Shown here one piece after another: positions 38,463 through 47,988 of a DNA stretch of 55,366 nucleotides. Made by a program: the position numbers and the translations under genes. The notes beneath the pieces were generated by a model. That model saw only the letters and a program-made list of their open reading frames with translations, was not told the DNA's origin and ran no database searches. Numbering within the stretch: the first letter of the stretch is position 1; each line of letters starts with the position of its first letter. This DNA is from Candidatus Bathyarchaeota archaeon (GTDB lineage Archaea > Thermoproteota > Bathyarchaeia > TCS64), in NCBI GenBank assembly GCA_020346605.1, contig CP070784.1, positions 1,051,947-1,107,312 on the forward strand. The letters are read 5' to 3'.

Positions 38463-39693
38463 CGCGGTAAGAAGGTCCTTCATACGCAGCACCCTCCTCT
38501 ACGGGTTCTTCCTAGCCGTCATGATGTGGCTCATATTCTACAACGACTACAAGCTCGGGGACCTGGGCAGTTTCCTCCCTATGTCGGAGCAGATGGCGCC
38601 GCTTAGCATCGACCTCCTCTTAATCCCCTTGGTGGTCTCTATGACCATCTTCTACATCGCCTCCCTCGTAGGCCTCTTCCTCGAGGGCCCCCTGGCGGAG
38701 GTCACCGTCGGCACCCTCTACGCCGGGGGCTTCGCCGCGTTCTTCTCTCTGTTCCTGATCCTCAACCCGAGCCCCCAGATAGGACAGGCCGGGTACTACC
38801 TCCTCTACGCGTTCGCCGTGGTCCTGATCTACAACATAGTCTCCACGATCTCCCGCCTCAGGAAGGCGCCTAGGATCCGGGCCTTCGCGATCAGCGCCAC
38901 CGTTTTCCTGGAGGGCCAGATCGCGATCAGGCTCATCTCCCTCCTCATTGACTCCAGCGGGGCGACGATGCCCCCTGAGATAGCCTCGGCGGTCGGCGAC
39001 TTCATAGGGCTCGGAGTCTCCATCGCCGCCGTCTTCACCCTGTTCGCCGTGTTCAAGACTTCCAGGAACTCCTACCTAGCCGCCCTAGGAGGTATAGCCG
39101 GGAACTACATGTTCTCTGTTTCGCTGAGCGTCATTGGTGCCCTGTACTACGGCTTCTTTTTCGGAGGGCTCTCGGCGTACGCGCCGAGTATCGTCAACCT
39201 CTCCCCCTACGTGGAGTGGACTGGGATCTGCGTCTTCGCCGCGCTGATCTTCACGGTGATGAGGCGGGGGATGCAGGGTAGCATCGTGGTCCGGGACACG
39301 CTCGGGGAGTGGAAGAGGCACGTGCAGCAGGTGATAACGTTCAAGGGGGACAGGTTCGTCAACTTCGTCGACATGGTGGACGACTTCGTGGAGCGGGGCA
39401 ACAGGGAGCTGCTCATCGTCAACCTCGCCCTGTTCCTCCACGAGAACCACGTCAGGGACGAAGAGGTCTCGGCACTCCTCGGGGACCTCATAAACTACGA
39501 GGACCAGAAGAAGCCCTCGATCTCGCGCCTAGGCGTGTATCAGGTGGTGGAAGAGGAGAACAAGATCAATCGCCTCAGAGTGCTGCAAAACACGATAAGT
39601 AGGATCGTTCCCAGCGCCGGGGTCACAGCCATCCCGTCACCGGCGTTTGGAGAGGGCATCGACCAGACGGTCGCGGAGAATAATGTGAATTAG
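38449..39693 (+). CDS. Multi-pass membrane protein
   Basis: About 8 TM segments; within the MoxR operon. Confidence 0.8.
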   Translation: MNMASAVRRSFIRSTLLYGFFLAVMMWLIFYNDYKLGDLGSFLPMSEQMAPLSIDLLLIPLVVSMTIFYIASLVGLFLEGPLAEVTVGTLYAGGFAAFFSLFLILNPSPQIGQAGYYLLYAFAVVLIYNIVSTISRLRKAPRIRAFAISATVFLEGQIAIRLISLLIDSSGATMPPEIASAVGDFIGLGVSIAAVFTLFAVFKTSRNSYLAALGGIAGNYMFSVSLSVIGALYYGFFFGGLSAYAPSIVNLSPYVEWTGICVFAALIFTVMRRGMQGSIVVRDTLGEWKRHVQQVITFKGDRFVNFVDMVDDFVERGNRELLIVNLALFLHENHVRDEEVSALLGDLINYEDQKKPSISRLGVYQVVEEENKINRLRVLQNTISRIVPSAGVTAIPSPAFGEGIDQTVAENNVN

Positions 39694-39702
39694 AAGGGAA
39701 GA

Positions 39703-40683
39703 ATGAACATGAACGTTTGGGAAGTAAAGGAGATCTGCGCGAAGATACTGGACGGCGTCGGCGAATACTTCGTCGGCGACCAGTACCTGCTAAGGAAGAT
39801 GCTCGCGGCGAGTCTCGCCAACGGCCACTTGCTGTTCGAGGACTTCCCGGGCCTCGGGAAGACCTTCTTGGCCAAGACCTTTGCCAAGGTGACGGGGTGC
39901 GTCTGGAGGAGGATCCAGTTCACCCCCGACCTGATGGCCTCGGACATCCTGGGGACTCGGGTCTGGCGCCTCGCAGAGTCCAAGTTCGTACTGGAGAGGG
40001 GGCCCATCTTCACCAACGTCCTGCTGGCCGACGAGATCAACAGGTCGCCACCGAAGACTCAGTCCGCCCTACTGGAGGCGATGGAGGAGAGGCAGGTCAC
40101 CATCGAGGGCGAGACCCATAGGCTCACAGCTCCCTTCTTCGTCATCGCCACACAGAACCCCATCGAGCTGGAGGGCACGTACCCCCTGCCCGAGGCCCAG
40201 ATGGACAGGTTCCTGCTGAAGCTCAGCATGGGCTACGTCCAGACCAAGGAGCAGGAGAGCCTCATCCTTAAGCGGAGGATCAGCTGGAGGAGGGACGACC
40301 CCACAGACCTGATCCAGCCTGTCACGACCCAGGCGACCTTCGTCGAGATGCAGCAGTTCATCGAGAGGGACATCTACGTCGACGACCAGATCATCGACTA
40401 CATCAGCGACATCGTCCGCTCCACCAGGAGGCATCCTATGATAGAGGTCGGCGCCAGCCCCAGGGGCGGACTTAGCCTGCTCAAGGTCGCCAGGAGCCAC
40501 GCCGCCATCAACGGAAGGAACTTCGTCACACCCGACGACATCAAGATGTTCGTCGCCGACGCGCTCGGCCACAGGATGATCATGAAGATGGAGTACGCCA
40601 TCGAGGGGGCCTTCAGCATCTCCTCCGTCCTGGACGAGATCTTAGGCGGGATAGAGGTCCCCAAGCAGTACGTGGAAGGGTGA
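39703..40683 (+). CDS. moxR: MoxR family AAA+ ATPase
   Basis: PGLGKT, RIQFTPDL, DEINR and ATQNPIE.EGTYPLPEAQMDRF motifs. Confidence 0.95.
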   Translation: MNMNVWEVKEICAKILDGVGEYFVGDQYLLRKMLAASLANGHLLFEDFPGLGKTFLAKTFAKVTGCVWRRIQFTPDLMASDILGTRVWRLAESKFVLERGPIFTNVLLADEINRSPPKTQSALLEAMEERQVTIEGETHRLTAPFFVIATQNPIELEGTYPLPEAQMDRFLLKLSMGYVQTKEQESLILKRRISWRRDDPTDLIQPVTTQATFVEMQQFIERDIYVDDQIIDYISDIVRSTRRHPMIEVGASPRGGLSLLKVARSHAAINGRNFVTPDDIKMFVADALGHRMIMKMEYAIEGAFSISSVLDEILGGIEVPKQYVEG

Positions 40684-42131
40684 ATGAGCGGTTGATCACC
40701 AGGGACACCCAGGAGCTCGTGGTAAGCGGGGTCACCTTCATAGTCATGGGCATGTTCCTGGGCAACCTGATCCTCATCGTCCTCGGTCTCTTCCCCGTCG
40801 TCTTCCTCAGCCTCGGCCTCCTCATAGGCCAGCCCCAGGAGGTGACGGTCGAGAGGGGAGGGGAGGACCAGAAGATCTGGGTCGACAACCAGGTCGTCGA
40901 CACTGTGAACGCCACGGTGAGGGGCGGCGTCGGGATGGTCACCTTCAGCGACGTGCTCCCCGACAGCTTCAAGCTCGACGATGGGACCAACTTCAAGCTC
41001 CTCTGGAAGGGCCCCCGTGAGAGAAAGGCGACCATAACCTACCGGGCCACCTGCGCCAAGCGGGGGCGCTACGAGCTCGAAGGGATCTCCTGGGAGGCGC
41101 GCCACCCGCTGCAGATTTCGGGTAACAGGCTGGGGAACGCCCCGGAGCCGAGGACGTACATCGTCCAGCCGAAGCCGCTCTTCGTCAAGAGGGTGAGGGA
41201 GAGGAAGGCCATCACTCGGATACCGATGCCGATGGAGGCGAGGATCAAGTGGGGCTTCCCCACCACGGACTTCATGGAGGTGAGGGACTACAAGCCGGGG
41301 GACCCCTACAGGAGTATCAACTGGAAGGTCACCGCACGCAGGCTCTCGGCCAATCCCTCCGCCTACCAGGTAAACGAGTACGAGAAGGAGGGAAAGAAGG
41401 TGGTCTGGATCTTCCTCGACACCGCCTCCCACATGGCCCTTGGCACCACGGTGAAGAGCACCCTGGAGTACGCCGTCAGGGCAGCCCTAGGGTTCACCAA
41501 CTTCTACCTGAGCAGGGAGTGCCAGGTCGGCCTCAGCATCTACGACTACGACGCCCACGAGTGGGAGGGAACGTACATGCCCACGGCCGTGTCGCCCGGC
41601 CTGGACGTCGTGCTCTCCGTCGTGGACCAGATGGAGGCGACCATCGATCTGAAGGAGATAGAGTCCAAAGCGTCCGGCTCCCGTCATCCGCTGAGCCGTG
41701 TGCTGTTCCCTGACCTCGGGAAGAAGCAGCAGTTCAGGATTATGAGGGAGATGCTCAACGTCGACATCAGGTACGGTGGCGAGTCCCTCAAGGCGGCGAT
41801 CCACAGCTGTAGGGGGCACATCATCGGTACGCTGCCCCTGTTCATCATAATCACGATGATCGACGCCCAGAAGACCCGAGGGCTCCTCGAGGGGATCAGG
41901 GAGCTGTACAAGTACACGGGGGGGCTGAGGAGGCTCCCCAACATCATCGTGTTCAACGTCCAGGGGTACAACGTGGCGGCCCAGACGGACAAGGAGCAGA
42001 TGGCAGCGGACCTGCTCCAGTACAGGAACCGCCCTGTCTACGCCACACTGAGGGCGATGGGGGCCACCGTGGTGAACTGGAACCCGCACGGACAGAGCTT
42101 CGCGGAGGCGCTGATACAGCAGAGGGCTTGA
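40680..42131 (+). CDS. DUF58 (VWA-like) protein
   Basis: VRDYKPGDPYRSINWKVTAR and LDTASHM motifs. Confidence 0.9.
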   Translation: MNERLITRDTQELVVSGVTFIVMGMFLGNLILIVLGLFPVVFLSLGLLIGQPQEVTVERGGEDQKIWVDNQVVDTVNATVRGGVGMVTFSDVLPDSFKLDDGTNFKLLWKGPRERKATITYRATCAKRGRYELEGISWEARHPLQISGNRLGNAPEPRTYIVQPKPLFVKRVRERKAITRIPMPMEARIKWGFPTTDFMEVRDYKPGDPYRSINWKVTARRLSANPSAYQVNEYEKEGKKVVWIFLDTASHMALGTTVKSTLEYAVRAALGFTNFYLSRECQVGLSIYDYDAHEWEGTYMPTAVSPGLDVVLSVVDQMEATIDLKEIESKASGSRHPLSRVLFPDLGKKQQFRIMREMLNVDIRYGGESLKAAIHSCRGHIIGTLPLFIIITMIDAQKTRGLLEGIRELYKYTGGLRRLPNIIVFNVQGYNVAAQTDKEQMAADLLQYRNRPVYATLRAMGATVVNWNPHGQSFAEALIQQRA

Positions 42132-42132
42132 G

Positions 42133-42846
42133 ATGAGGGTAGTAACGTTCATAAGGGGCTCGGAGCTGGGCGTCGCTATCGCCTCCACCTACATGGTCGC
42201 GGTGACCATGATCCAGACCTCCATCTACGCGATGCTCAAGCCCTACCTGCTGACAGTGCTCGGTCCCATCATGATGGTGCTGGGGACCGACGTCCAGTAC
42301 GTGGACATAGTCGTGCTGGGATTGGCGATGGGCCTCTCCTTCAGCTTCTGGCGTAGGGGCGACGAGGCCGGCTTCGGTCGGCTCTTCAGCCTCAACATGC
42401 TGATGTTCTTTCCGTCGGTGCTGGACTTCTCTACCTTCAACTGGGTGAACCTCATCCTGCCCTACGAGCCGTCCCCAGCCGTCGGCTCCCTCTGGGTTTT
42501 CGGCGTAGGCCTCCTCCTCCAGGCTACTTATCTCGCCCTCAGGTATACAGTGCGGTTCCGCATGGCGAGGAACGAGTTCTTCGAACGGGGCGCCGATCCG
42601 GAGGACATCGACGATGTCTCCAGGGGCCAGATGGGCTACCTCGCAGCCCTGGTACTTGGGACAGTCGTCGTCTCCGTCACCGTCTACTACCTTGCTCCCA
42701 TCGTGACCGACATGGTCAGCACCGAGGTCCTCGGTATCCCCTACCTCCACGTCGTGGTCGGGGCGGTCTGTACGCTGCTAATCGCAGGAGCCACCGTCTT
42801 CTACCTCAGGGACGGAGGGGTACAAACGGCTTCCACGGTGCAATGA
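42133..42846 (+). CDS. Membrane protein
   Basis: Hydrophobic ORF, last gene of the MoxR operon. Confidence 0.75.
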   Translation: MRVVTFIRGSELGVAIASTYMVAVTMIQTSIYAMLKPYLLTVLGPIMMVLGTDVQYVDIVVLGLAMGLSFSFWRRGDEAGFGRLFSLNMLMFFPSVLDFSTFNWVNLILPYEPSPAVGSLWVFGVGLLLQATYLALRYTVRFRMARNEFFERGADPEDIDDVSRGQMGYLAALVLGTVVVSVTVYYLAPIVTDMVSTEVLGIPYLHVVVGAVCTLLIAGATVFYLRDGGVQTASTVQ

Positions 42847-42865
42847 GCCTTATTCTTGCGCGCGC

Positions 42866-43094
42866 AGGGTCGTCAACGCCTCCCTCGGCGAGTATGGGTA
42901 CTTGAGCAGGGAGGACTCGGCATCTCTGGTCATCGTGCGCGCGGCGAGGTGACCCCCCGGATCTAGCCTCCCTGGGGAGGGCCGTCGAGACTCTCCTGCT
43001 GGCGGTGGCCGCGGCGATCACCAAAACGATGCTCCGCATCAGGGCTCGGCCCGATCCAGTCGTAGGCTCAGACGGGGGTATCAATATTTATTAA
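42866..43094 (+). pseudogene. Broken C-terminal remnant of a probable membrane-anchored protein
   Basis: RVVNASLGEYGYLSREDSASLVIV | GC tract and frame change | PPDLASLGRAVETLLLAVAAAI...; host-like codon usage; begins at a GC tract. Confidence 0.45.
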
Positions 43095-43119
43095 GTCAAG
43101 TCCCAAAGCACATCCCTCG

Positions 43120-43728
43120 ATGAAGCTAGACAGCAAGACGCTTGTAGTGTTGCTGATCATAATCCTCTTCCTAGGCAGCGGTGTCATAATTGTCATCAAC
43201 TCCTTCTGGGGAGAAGAGGAGGAGGTACAGGAGGAAGCGAGCGAGATAGCGGTCCTTGAGACGAGCATGGGCGTGATAGAGATCGAGCTAGACTGGGAGA
43301 GGGCTCGCGTCACCGTCAGGAACTTCGTCAGGTACGTTGAGAGCGGCTTCTTCGACGGTACGGTGTTCCACAGAGTCATATCGGGCTTCATGATCCAGGG
43401 CGGTGGGTTCCTGCCTGACGGGACGCAGAAGGAGACCAGAAACCCCATCAAGCTGGAGGCCGACAACGGTCTGAAGAACGTGAGGGGAATGGTCGCCATG
43501 GCAAGGACGAGCGACCCGAACAGCGCGACGAGCCAGTTCTTCATCAACCTCGCGGACAATGACTTCCTGGACAGCGCTCCGGGCAATCTAGGGTACGCCG
43601 TCTTCGGGGAAGTCGTCTCCGGAATGGACGTCATCGACGAGATAGCGGCCGTGAGTACGGAGAGCCGTGGCCGATACGATGACTGGCCCGTTGAGGACGT
43701 CGTCATCGAGAGGGCGTACATGAAGTAG
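43120..43728 (+). CDS. Cyclophilin-type peptidyl-prolyl isomerase with an N-terminal anchor
   Basis: [30 protein letters not shown] and YAVFG motifs. Confidence 0.95.
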   Translation: MKLDSKTLVVLLIIILFLGSGVIIVINSFWGEEEEVQEEASEIAVLETSMGVIEIELDWERARVTVRNFVRYVESGFFDGTVFHRVISGFMIQGGGFLPDGTQKETRNPIKLEADNGLKNVRGMVAMARTSDPNSATSQFFINLADNDFLDSAPGNLGYAVFGEVVSGMDVIDEIAAVSTESRGRYDDWPVEDVVIERAYMK

Positions 43729-43770
43729 TCCATCTACTCCAGAGTTTCGAACGAAAACCTAGATGTCTGG

Positions 43771-44700
43771 CTAACCCTTCCTTATGTACTCACTCAACTC
43801 GTCGAAGCACGGCGTCGGTTTGGAGGTCGAGCCCAGGACCTTTCGGAACTCCTCGGTAAGCATCTTCATCTCGCCGAGGGCAGTGGGCCCTCGTGTGAAG
43901 ATGTACTCCAGATCTCTCCTGCCGAGCATCCTGCGGGCGTAGATGCCCATTACAGGGGCAGGCACCCACTCGATCCTTCCCAGGTTGTCCAGCACGATCG
44001 GTAGGCCCAGCTCCTTGAGCGCGCCGATACCCTCCCGCATCGCCTTCAGCATCAGGACCAGCCCCTCGCCGTCCTGCTCCAGCCTCTTTCTATCCCACTC
44101 GGCCCTGACGAAGGCGCCCATCAGGGGCAGTATCAGCGCCGCGTGGTACCTTAGTATGGACTCCATGTTAGAGGAAACGTTAACATCGAAGCCGGCGCCC
44201 TCGAATAAATCCTTGATCCAGGCCGTCCTCTCCGACTCGCTGCCGTCCAGCTCCCCGAAGGTTAGGGATGGCCTTTCGTCGATCGAATAGCGGACCACGC
44301 GGCTGTCGACCATCCCGCTTACACCCGGGAACCCGAGGAGCACGCGCTCCTGACCGAGAAGCCGCACCATCTCGCGGGGGCCCTCGACGTTGTTCCCCAG
44401 GAAAAGGACGTTGGGCGTCGAGATGTTCGCGGCGAGGAAGGGCAGAACTCCCGGATAGTGGTTCTTCCCCACGGCGACCAGCACCAGGTCGTAGGCGTCC
44501 ACCGGGGAGAGCCTCACCAGGACGGGGACCTTGACCCTGGCGGTCTCCACCCCATCCTGGTTCTCCAGCACGATCAAGTACCTGCTGAGGGTGCTGAGGC
44601 GCCTCTCCCTGGCCAGGATGGTGACGTCCTGATCTGAGTCGCCGAGCTTTGCGGCGAAGTAGCTACCCATGGGACCGGCGCCGTAAACAAGTATTCTCAT
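43771..44700 (-). CDS. Ketopantoate reductase (PanE/ApbA) family protein
   Basis: MRILVYGAGPMG Rossmann motif, DLVLVAV, GELDG. Confidence 0.8.
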   Translation of the reverse strand: MRILVYGAGPMGSYFAAKLGDSDQDVTILARERRLSTLSRYLIVLENQDGVETARVKVPVLVRLSPVDAYDLVLVAVGKNHYPGVLPFLAANISTPNVLFLGNNVEGPREMVRLLGQERVLLGFPGVSGMVDSRVVRYSIDERPSLTFGELDGSESERTAWIKDLFEGAGFDVNVSSNMESILRYHAALILPLMGAFVRAEWDRKRLEQDGEGLVLMLKAMREGIGALKELGLPIVLDNLGRIEWVPAPVMGIYARRMLGRRDLEYIFTRGPTALGEMKMLTEEFRKVLGSTSKPTPCFDELSEYIRKG

Positions 44701-44849
44701 ATCCGATGCTCCCCACCATCAGCCATCACAGGAGGGTCCTTGACGACGGGTCAGTTAGCAACGATAATACATCGCTGAAGGTATAATAAAATTACAGGTA
44801 TCCCGTTTGACGACGATCTACTACTGTGGACTGCAGCCCCTGTGGGATG

Positions 44850-46151
44850 TTATATTTTAAGGGGGTTGAGGCTCCCGTCGATGACCTCGATGCCGTTCAT
44901 GTACTTCCTCAGGACCTCCGGGACGACGACGCTCCCGTCCTCCCTCTGGTTCTGCTCCAGTATCGCCACCATGGTCCTGCTCGTGGCGAGGGCCGTGTTG
45001 TTCAGTGTGTGCACGGGGCCGACGGGGGCCTGCCCCTCCTTCATCCTGTACCTGACGTTGAGCCTGCGGGCTTGGTAGTCGGTGCAATTGCTGTTGCTCC
45101 CCACCTCACGGAAATCGCCGTCGGCCATCCAGACCTCGGTGTCGTACTTCTTCGCTGCGATGCTGCCGATGTCGCCTGTGCAGACGTTCACCACCCTGTA
45201 GTGGATCCCCAGCCCCTCGTAGAGCTCCTCGCAGTTCCGTTGCAGTTCCTCGTGGAGCCCCCAGCTCTGCTCTGGCAGGGAGAAGACGAACTGCTCCACC
45301 TTGTTAAACTGGTGCACCCTAAACAGCCCCTTCGTGTACTTCCCGTGGGCCCCTACCTCCTTCCGGAAGCAGGGGCTGACGCCGCAGAACTTTACGGGTA
45401 GGTCATTGGCGTTGAAAACCTCGTCCTTGAACATCGCGCCCATAGCGTGCTCGCTGGTGGCGATGAGGTAGAGGTCCTCCCCCTCGATCTTGTACATGAC
45501 GCTCTCGAAGTCGGCGAGGTCGGTGACCCCCTCGTAGGGCTCTCGCCTTATCATGTACGGGGGCTCGATGAGCGTGAAGCCCTTGGCCAGAAGGTGGTCG
45601 ACGGCGTACCTCATGATCGAGTAGTCCAGGAGGGCCAACTCATTCCTAAGGTAATAGAAGCCAGAGCCGGAGACCTTCGCCCCCCTCTCAAGGTCGATTA
45701 TCCCCAGCTTGGAGGCGATCTCGGCGTGGCTCTGGGCCTCATAGGGGAACCTCGGGGGCTCCCCCCAACGCTTGATCTCGACGTTCTCGGTGTCGTCGAC
45801 GCCGTAGGGAACGGACTCGTGGAGCATGTTGGGCAGGCGCATCAGCGCGTCCCGGACCTTACCCGCGTAGAGATCCCTCTCTGTCTCCGCGTTGACGATG
45901 AGCTCGGGGATCTCGGAGGCCTCCTCCCTGAGGGACGACGCGTCGCCACCGGAGCTCATCAGCCTGCCTATCTCGGAGGAGATCTCGTTCCTCCTTCTCC
46001 TGAGCTTGTTAACCTCGGTGGTTATTTCCCTCCACCGTGCGTCGTCCCCGATCAGCCCGTCCAGTAGGGCCAGCTTCTCGGGGTCATGCCTACGCTCAAG
46101 GTTCGCCCTCACCAGTCCCGGGCTCTCCCTGACGAGCTTTATGTCCAACAT
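44850..46151 (-). CDS. serS: Seryl-tRNA synthetase
   Basis: MLDIKLVRE, LIATSE, FRKE.G, RVHQFNKVE, YQARRL and HTLNNT motifs. Confidence 0.97.
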   Translation of the reverse strand: MLDIKLVRESPGLVRANLERRHDPEKLALLDGLIGDDARWREITTEVNKLRRRRNEISSEIGRLMSSGGDASSLREEASEIPELIVNAETERDLYAGKVRDALMRLPNMLHESVPYGVDDTENVEIKRWGEPPRFPYEAQSHAEIASKLGIIDLERGAKVSGSGFYYLRNELALLDYSIMRYAVDHLLAKGFTLIEPPYMIRREPYEGVTDLADFESVMYKIEGEDLYLIATSEHAMGAMFKDEVFNANDLPVKFCGVSPCFRKEVGAHGKYTKGLFRVHQFNKVEQFVFSLPEQSWGLHEELQRNCEELYEGLGIHYRVVNVCTGDIGSIAAKKYDTEVWMADGDFREVGSNSNCTDYQARRLNVRYRMKEGQAPVGPVHTLNNTALATSRTMVAILEQNQREDGSVVVPEVLRKYMNGIEVIDGSLNPLKI

Positions 46152-46284
46152 CGCTCGGCACTACCATAAACCCTGTGCGGGAACATATTTTTAGAGGTTG
46201 CTCATCCACTTTCACCGGTCTCCCCGCCCCTGGAAGCTGCGCACCCCTTTTAATCGGAGGGGCGGAGGGCGAACCAGTGGTGGG

Positions 46285-46548
46285 ATGTCCGGTTACGAGA
46301 TGGGGGCTTTCGAGGCCTTGGAGTGGGCTTGGCACATGCTCCGCAGCTGCAAAGACCGCCCGGAGGGCGTGGAGTACGCCAGACGGGTCATCCATGGAGT
46401 CCTCGCCGACTTGGGTAGGGGCGACGAGGTGAACTTCAGGGAGCTCCAGTGCCGGACCCCCACCACAAGACAAGTAGCGGGGGATCCAGGTCTCGCATTG
46501 GGCGTGAGCGGCGTCGTTCCCGCTGTATTCGGGGCTCGTCAGGAATAG
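46285..46548 (+). CDS. Small hypothetical protein
   Basis: MSGYEMGAFEALEWAWHML... with host-like codon usage; the 3' end is uncertain. Confidence 0.5.
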   Translation: MSGYEMGAFEALEWAWHMLRSCKDRPEGVEYARRVIHGVLADLGRGDEVNFRELQCRTPTTRQVAGDPGLALGVSGVVPAVFGARQE

Positions 46549-46693
46549 CAGAAGGCGTCGCGCTGTGCCCGTATAAACATCCTAGTTCTTGATCGCATAT
46601 GTGGCCCAGTCGAGGCGTTGAATGGATTCCCAGGGATCCGTGAAGCTTTTCATTGAGATGGGCGTAGGTTGCCGTGTCCACGAGGTGCACGGC

Positions 46694-47392
46694 ATGGAGA
46701 TACGGCGGTTCAGCCTGATATCCGGGGCCAGGGAGGCTACGGGGTTGGCAGTAATCATAGACGTCTTGAGGGCCTTCACCACCGACGCCTACGTGATGGC
46801 CAACGGGGCTGTGGGGATCTACCCCGTCGCCACCGTGGAGGAGGCACTGGATCTCAGAAAGCTGCACCCGGACTGGCTGCTCATTGGTGAGCGGGGGGGA
46901 ATTAAGGTCGAGGGATTCGACTTCGGCAGCTCACCCGATGAGGTCATGGGCGTCGACTTCTCGGGGAGGACTGTGATCCAGACCACAGGAGCCGGAACCC
47001 AGGGGATCGTGAACGCGGGGGACGCCGACGAGGTCGTGCTGGGGAGCTTCGTCATGGCGGAGGCCATAGTCGACTTCATTAGGAGGAGGGAGCCGGAGGT
47101 CGTCTCCCTCGTGGCGATGGGCTGGAACGGCAGGGAGCCGACGCTGGAGGACGAACTCTGCGCCGAGTACCTTGAGGGCAGGCTAGAGGGTCGAACCCCC
47201 GACTTCCATGGGATGCGGAGCCGGATCAGGGAGACGGCACAGGGGGCAAAGTTCTTCGACCCCGCTCAGCCCCAGTACCATGAGGGGGACTTCTACGCCG
47301 CGATGGACTTGGACAGGTTTCCCTTCGTGCTAGTGGTGGACGAGGTAGACGGTCTCTCCGTCGTGAAAAAGGCGTTCTTACGTCTCCGATGA
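46694..47392 (+). CDS. comB: 2-phosphosulfolactate phosphatase family protein
   Basis: IIDVLRAFTT, LIGERGG, FGSSP, TTGAGT and EDELCA motifs; start at MEIRRF. Confidence 0.88.
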   Translation: MEIRRFSLISGAREATGLAVIIDVLRAFTTDAYVMANGAVGIYPVATVEEALDLRKLHPDWLLIGERGGIKVEGFDFGSSPDEVMGVDFSGRTVIQTTGAGTQGIVNAGDADEVVLGSFVMAEAIVDFIRRREPEVVSLVAMGWNGREPTLEDELCAEYLEGRLEGRTPDFHGMRSRIRETAQGAKFFDPAQPQYHEGDFYAAMDLDRFPFVLVVDEVDGLSVVKKAFLRLR

Positions 47393-47394
47393 AA

Positions 47395-47425
47395 TGGCGC
47401 CGGGAAAGGGATCTTGGCCCTTGCG
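47395..47425 (-). repeat. Degenerate copy of the tRNA-Ser 3' end (att-like)
   Basis: TGGCGCCGGGAAAGGGATcttggCCCTTGCG versus 47989-48019 TGGCGCCGGGAAAGGGATttgaaCCCTTGCG (27/31). Confidence 0.85.
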
Positions 47426-47501
47426 CAACTACGTGTGCGAGTCGATTGCAGGTTAACGCTCCTTGTGAGCTCAGCTTCATCTCGTACGTATCGAGTGGGG
47501 T

Positions 47502-47921
47502 CTATTCTTCTTCGTCGGGATCCTTTTTGGGCCGCGACATCTCCGCTTTGATGTCTTGCAGTTTCGCGCGGAGGTCCGTCTCTGTTTTTTTTAGCTGGTC
47601 CATGAGCCTTCCGCCCCAGGTCTTCATCTCGCTCTGCATTGTCTGCAGGAAGTCCTTCGACTTGACTACAAAACCGTTCAGGGCGTCCTTGGACCATGAC
47701 GAGTATTCAGAGAATTTCTCCTTCATCAGATCGGCGGCGCGGTCTAGTGATTCTCTCGGCGTGGGTCGCCTGTCTCTGTGCTCTCTCAGCAGCTGCAGTA
47801 TGAGGTGGCTCTGGCTCTTCCCCTCGTTCTCCTTGGACCACTCCACTAGGAGGGGGTTTATCCACTCCATTTCCTCCTCTTGGAAGCTGAAGCTCTTCTT
47901 TCTCATCTGTGACATTCCCAA
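47502..47921 (-). CDS. Ribbon-helix-helix-like protein with a coiled-coil tail
   Basis: RKKSFSF strand followed by two helices (..SQSHLILQLLREH). Confidence 0.6.
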   Translation of the reverse strand: MGMSQMRKKSFSFQEEEMEWINPLLVEWSKENEGKSQSHLILQLLREHRDRRPTPRESLDRAADLMKEKFSEYSSWSKDALNGFVVKSKDFLQTMQSEMKTWGGRLMDQLKKTETDLRAKLQDIKAEMSRPKKDPDEEE

Positions 47922-47988
47922 GCTCTAAGTGTCGATTTAGCTTCGTAAAACTGTTATGAACTCCTGATATCTAGTTGGAGTAAGTTTT

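Noticed and set aside
36375-42846. Transglutaminase-MoxR-DUF58 operon as a novel system
   Set aside because: A well-known conserved gene association in bacteria and archaea.
47395-47500. Functional second tRNA or split-tRNA half
   Set aside because: The T-loop lacks TTC, the anticodon stem is mismatched, and no 5' acceptor strand or complementary leader is evident.
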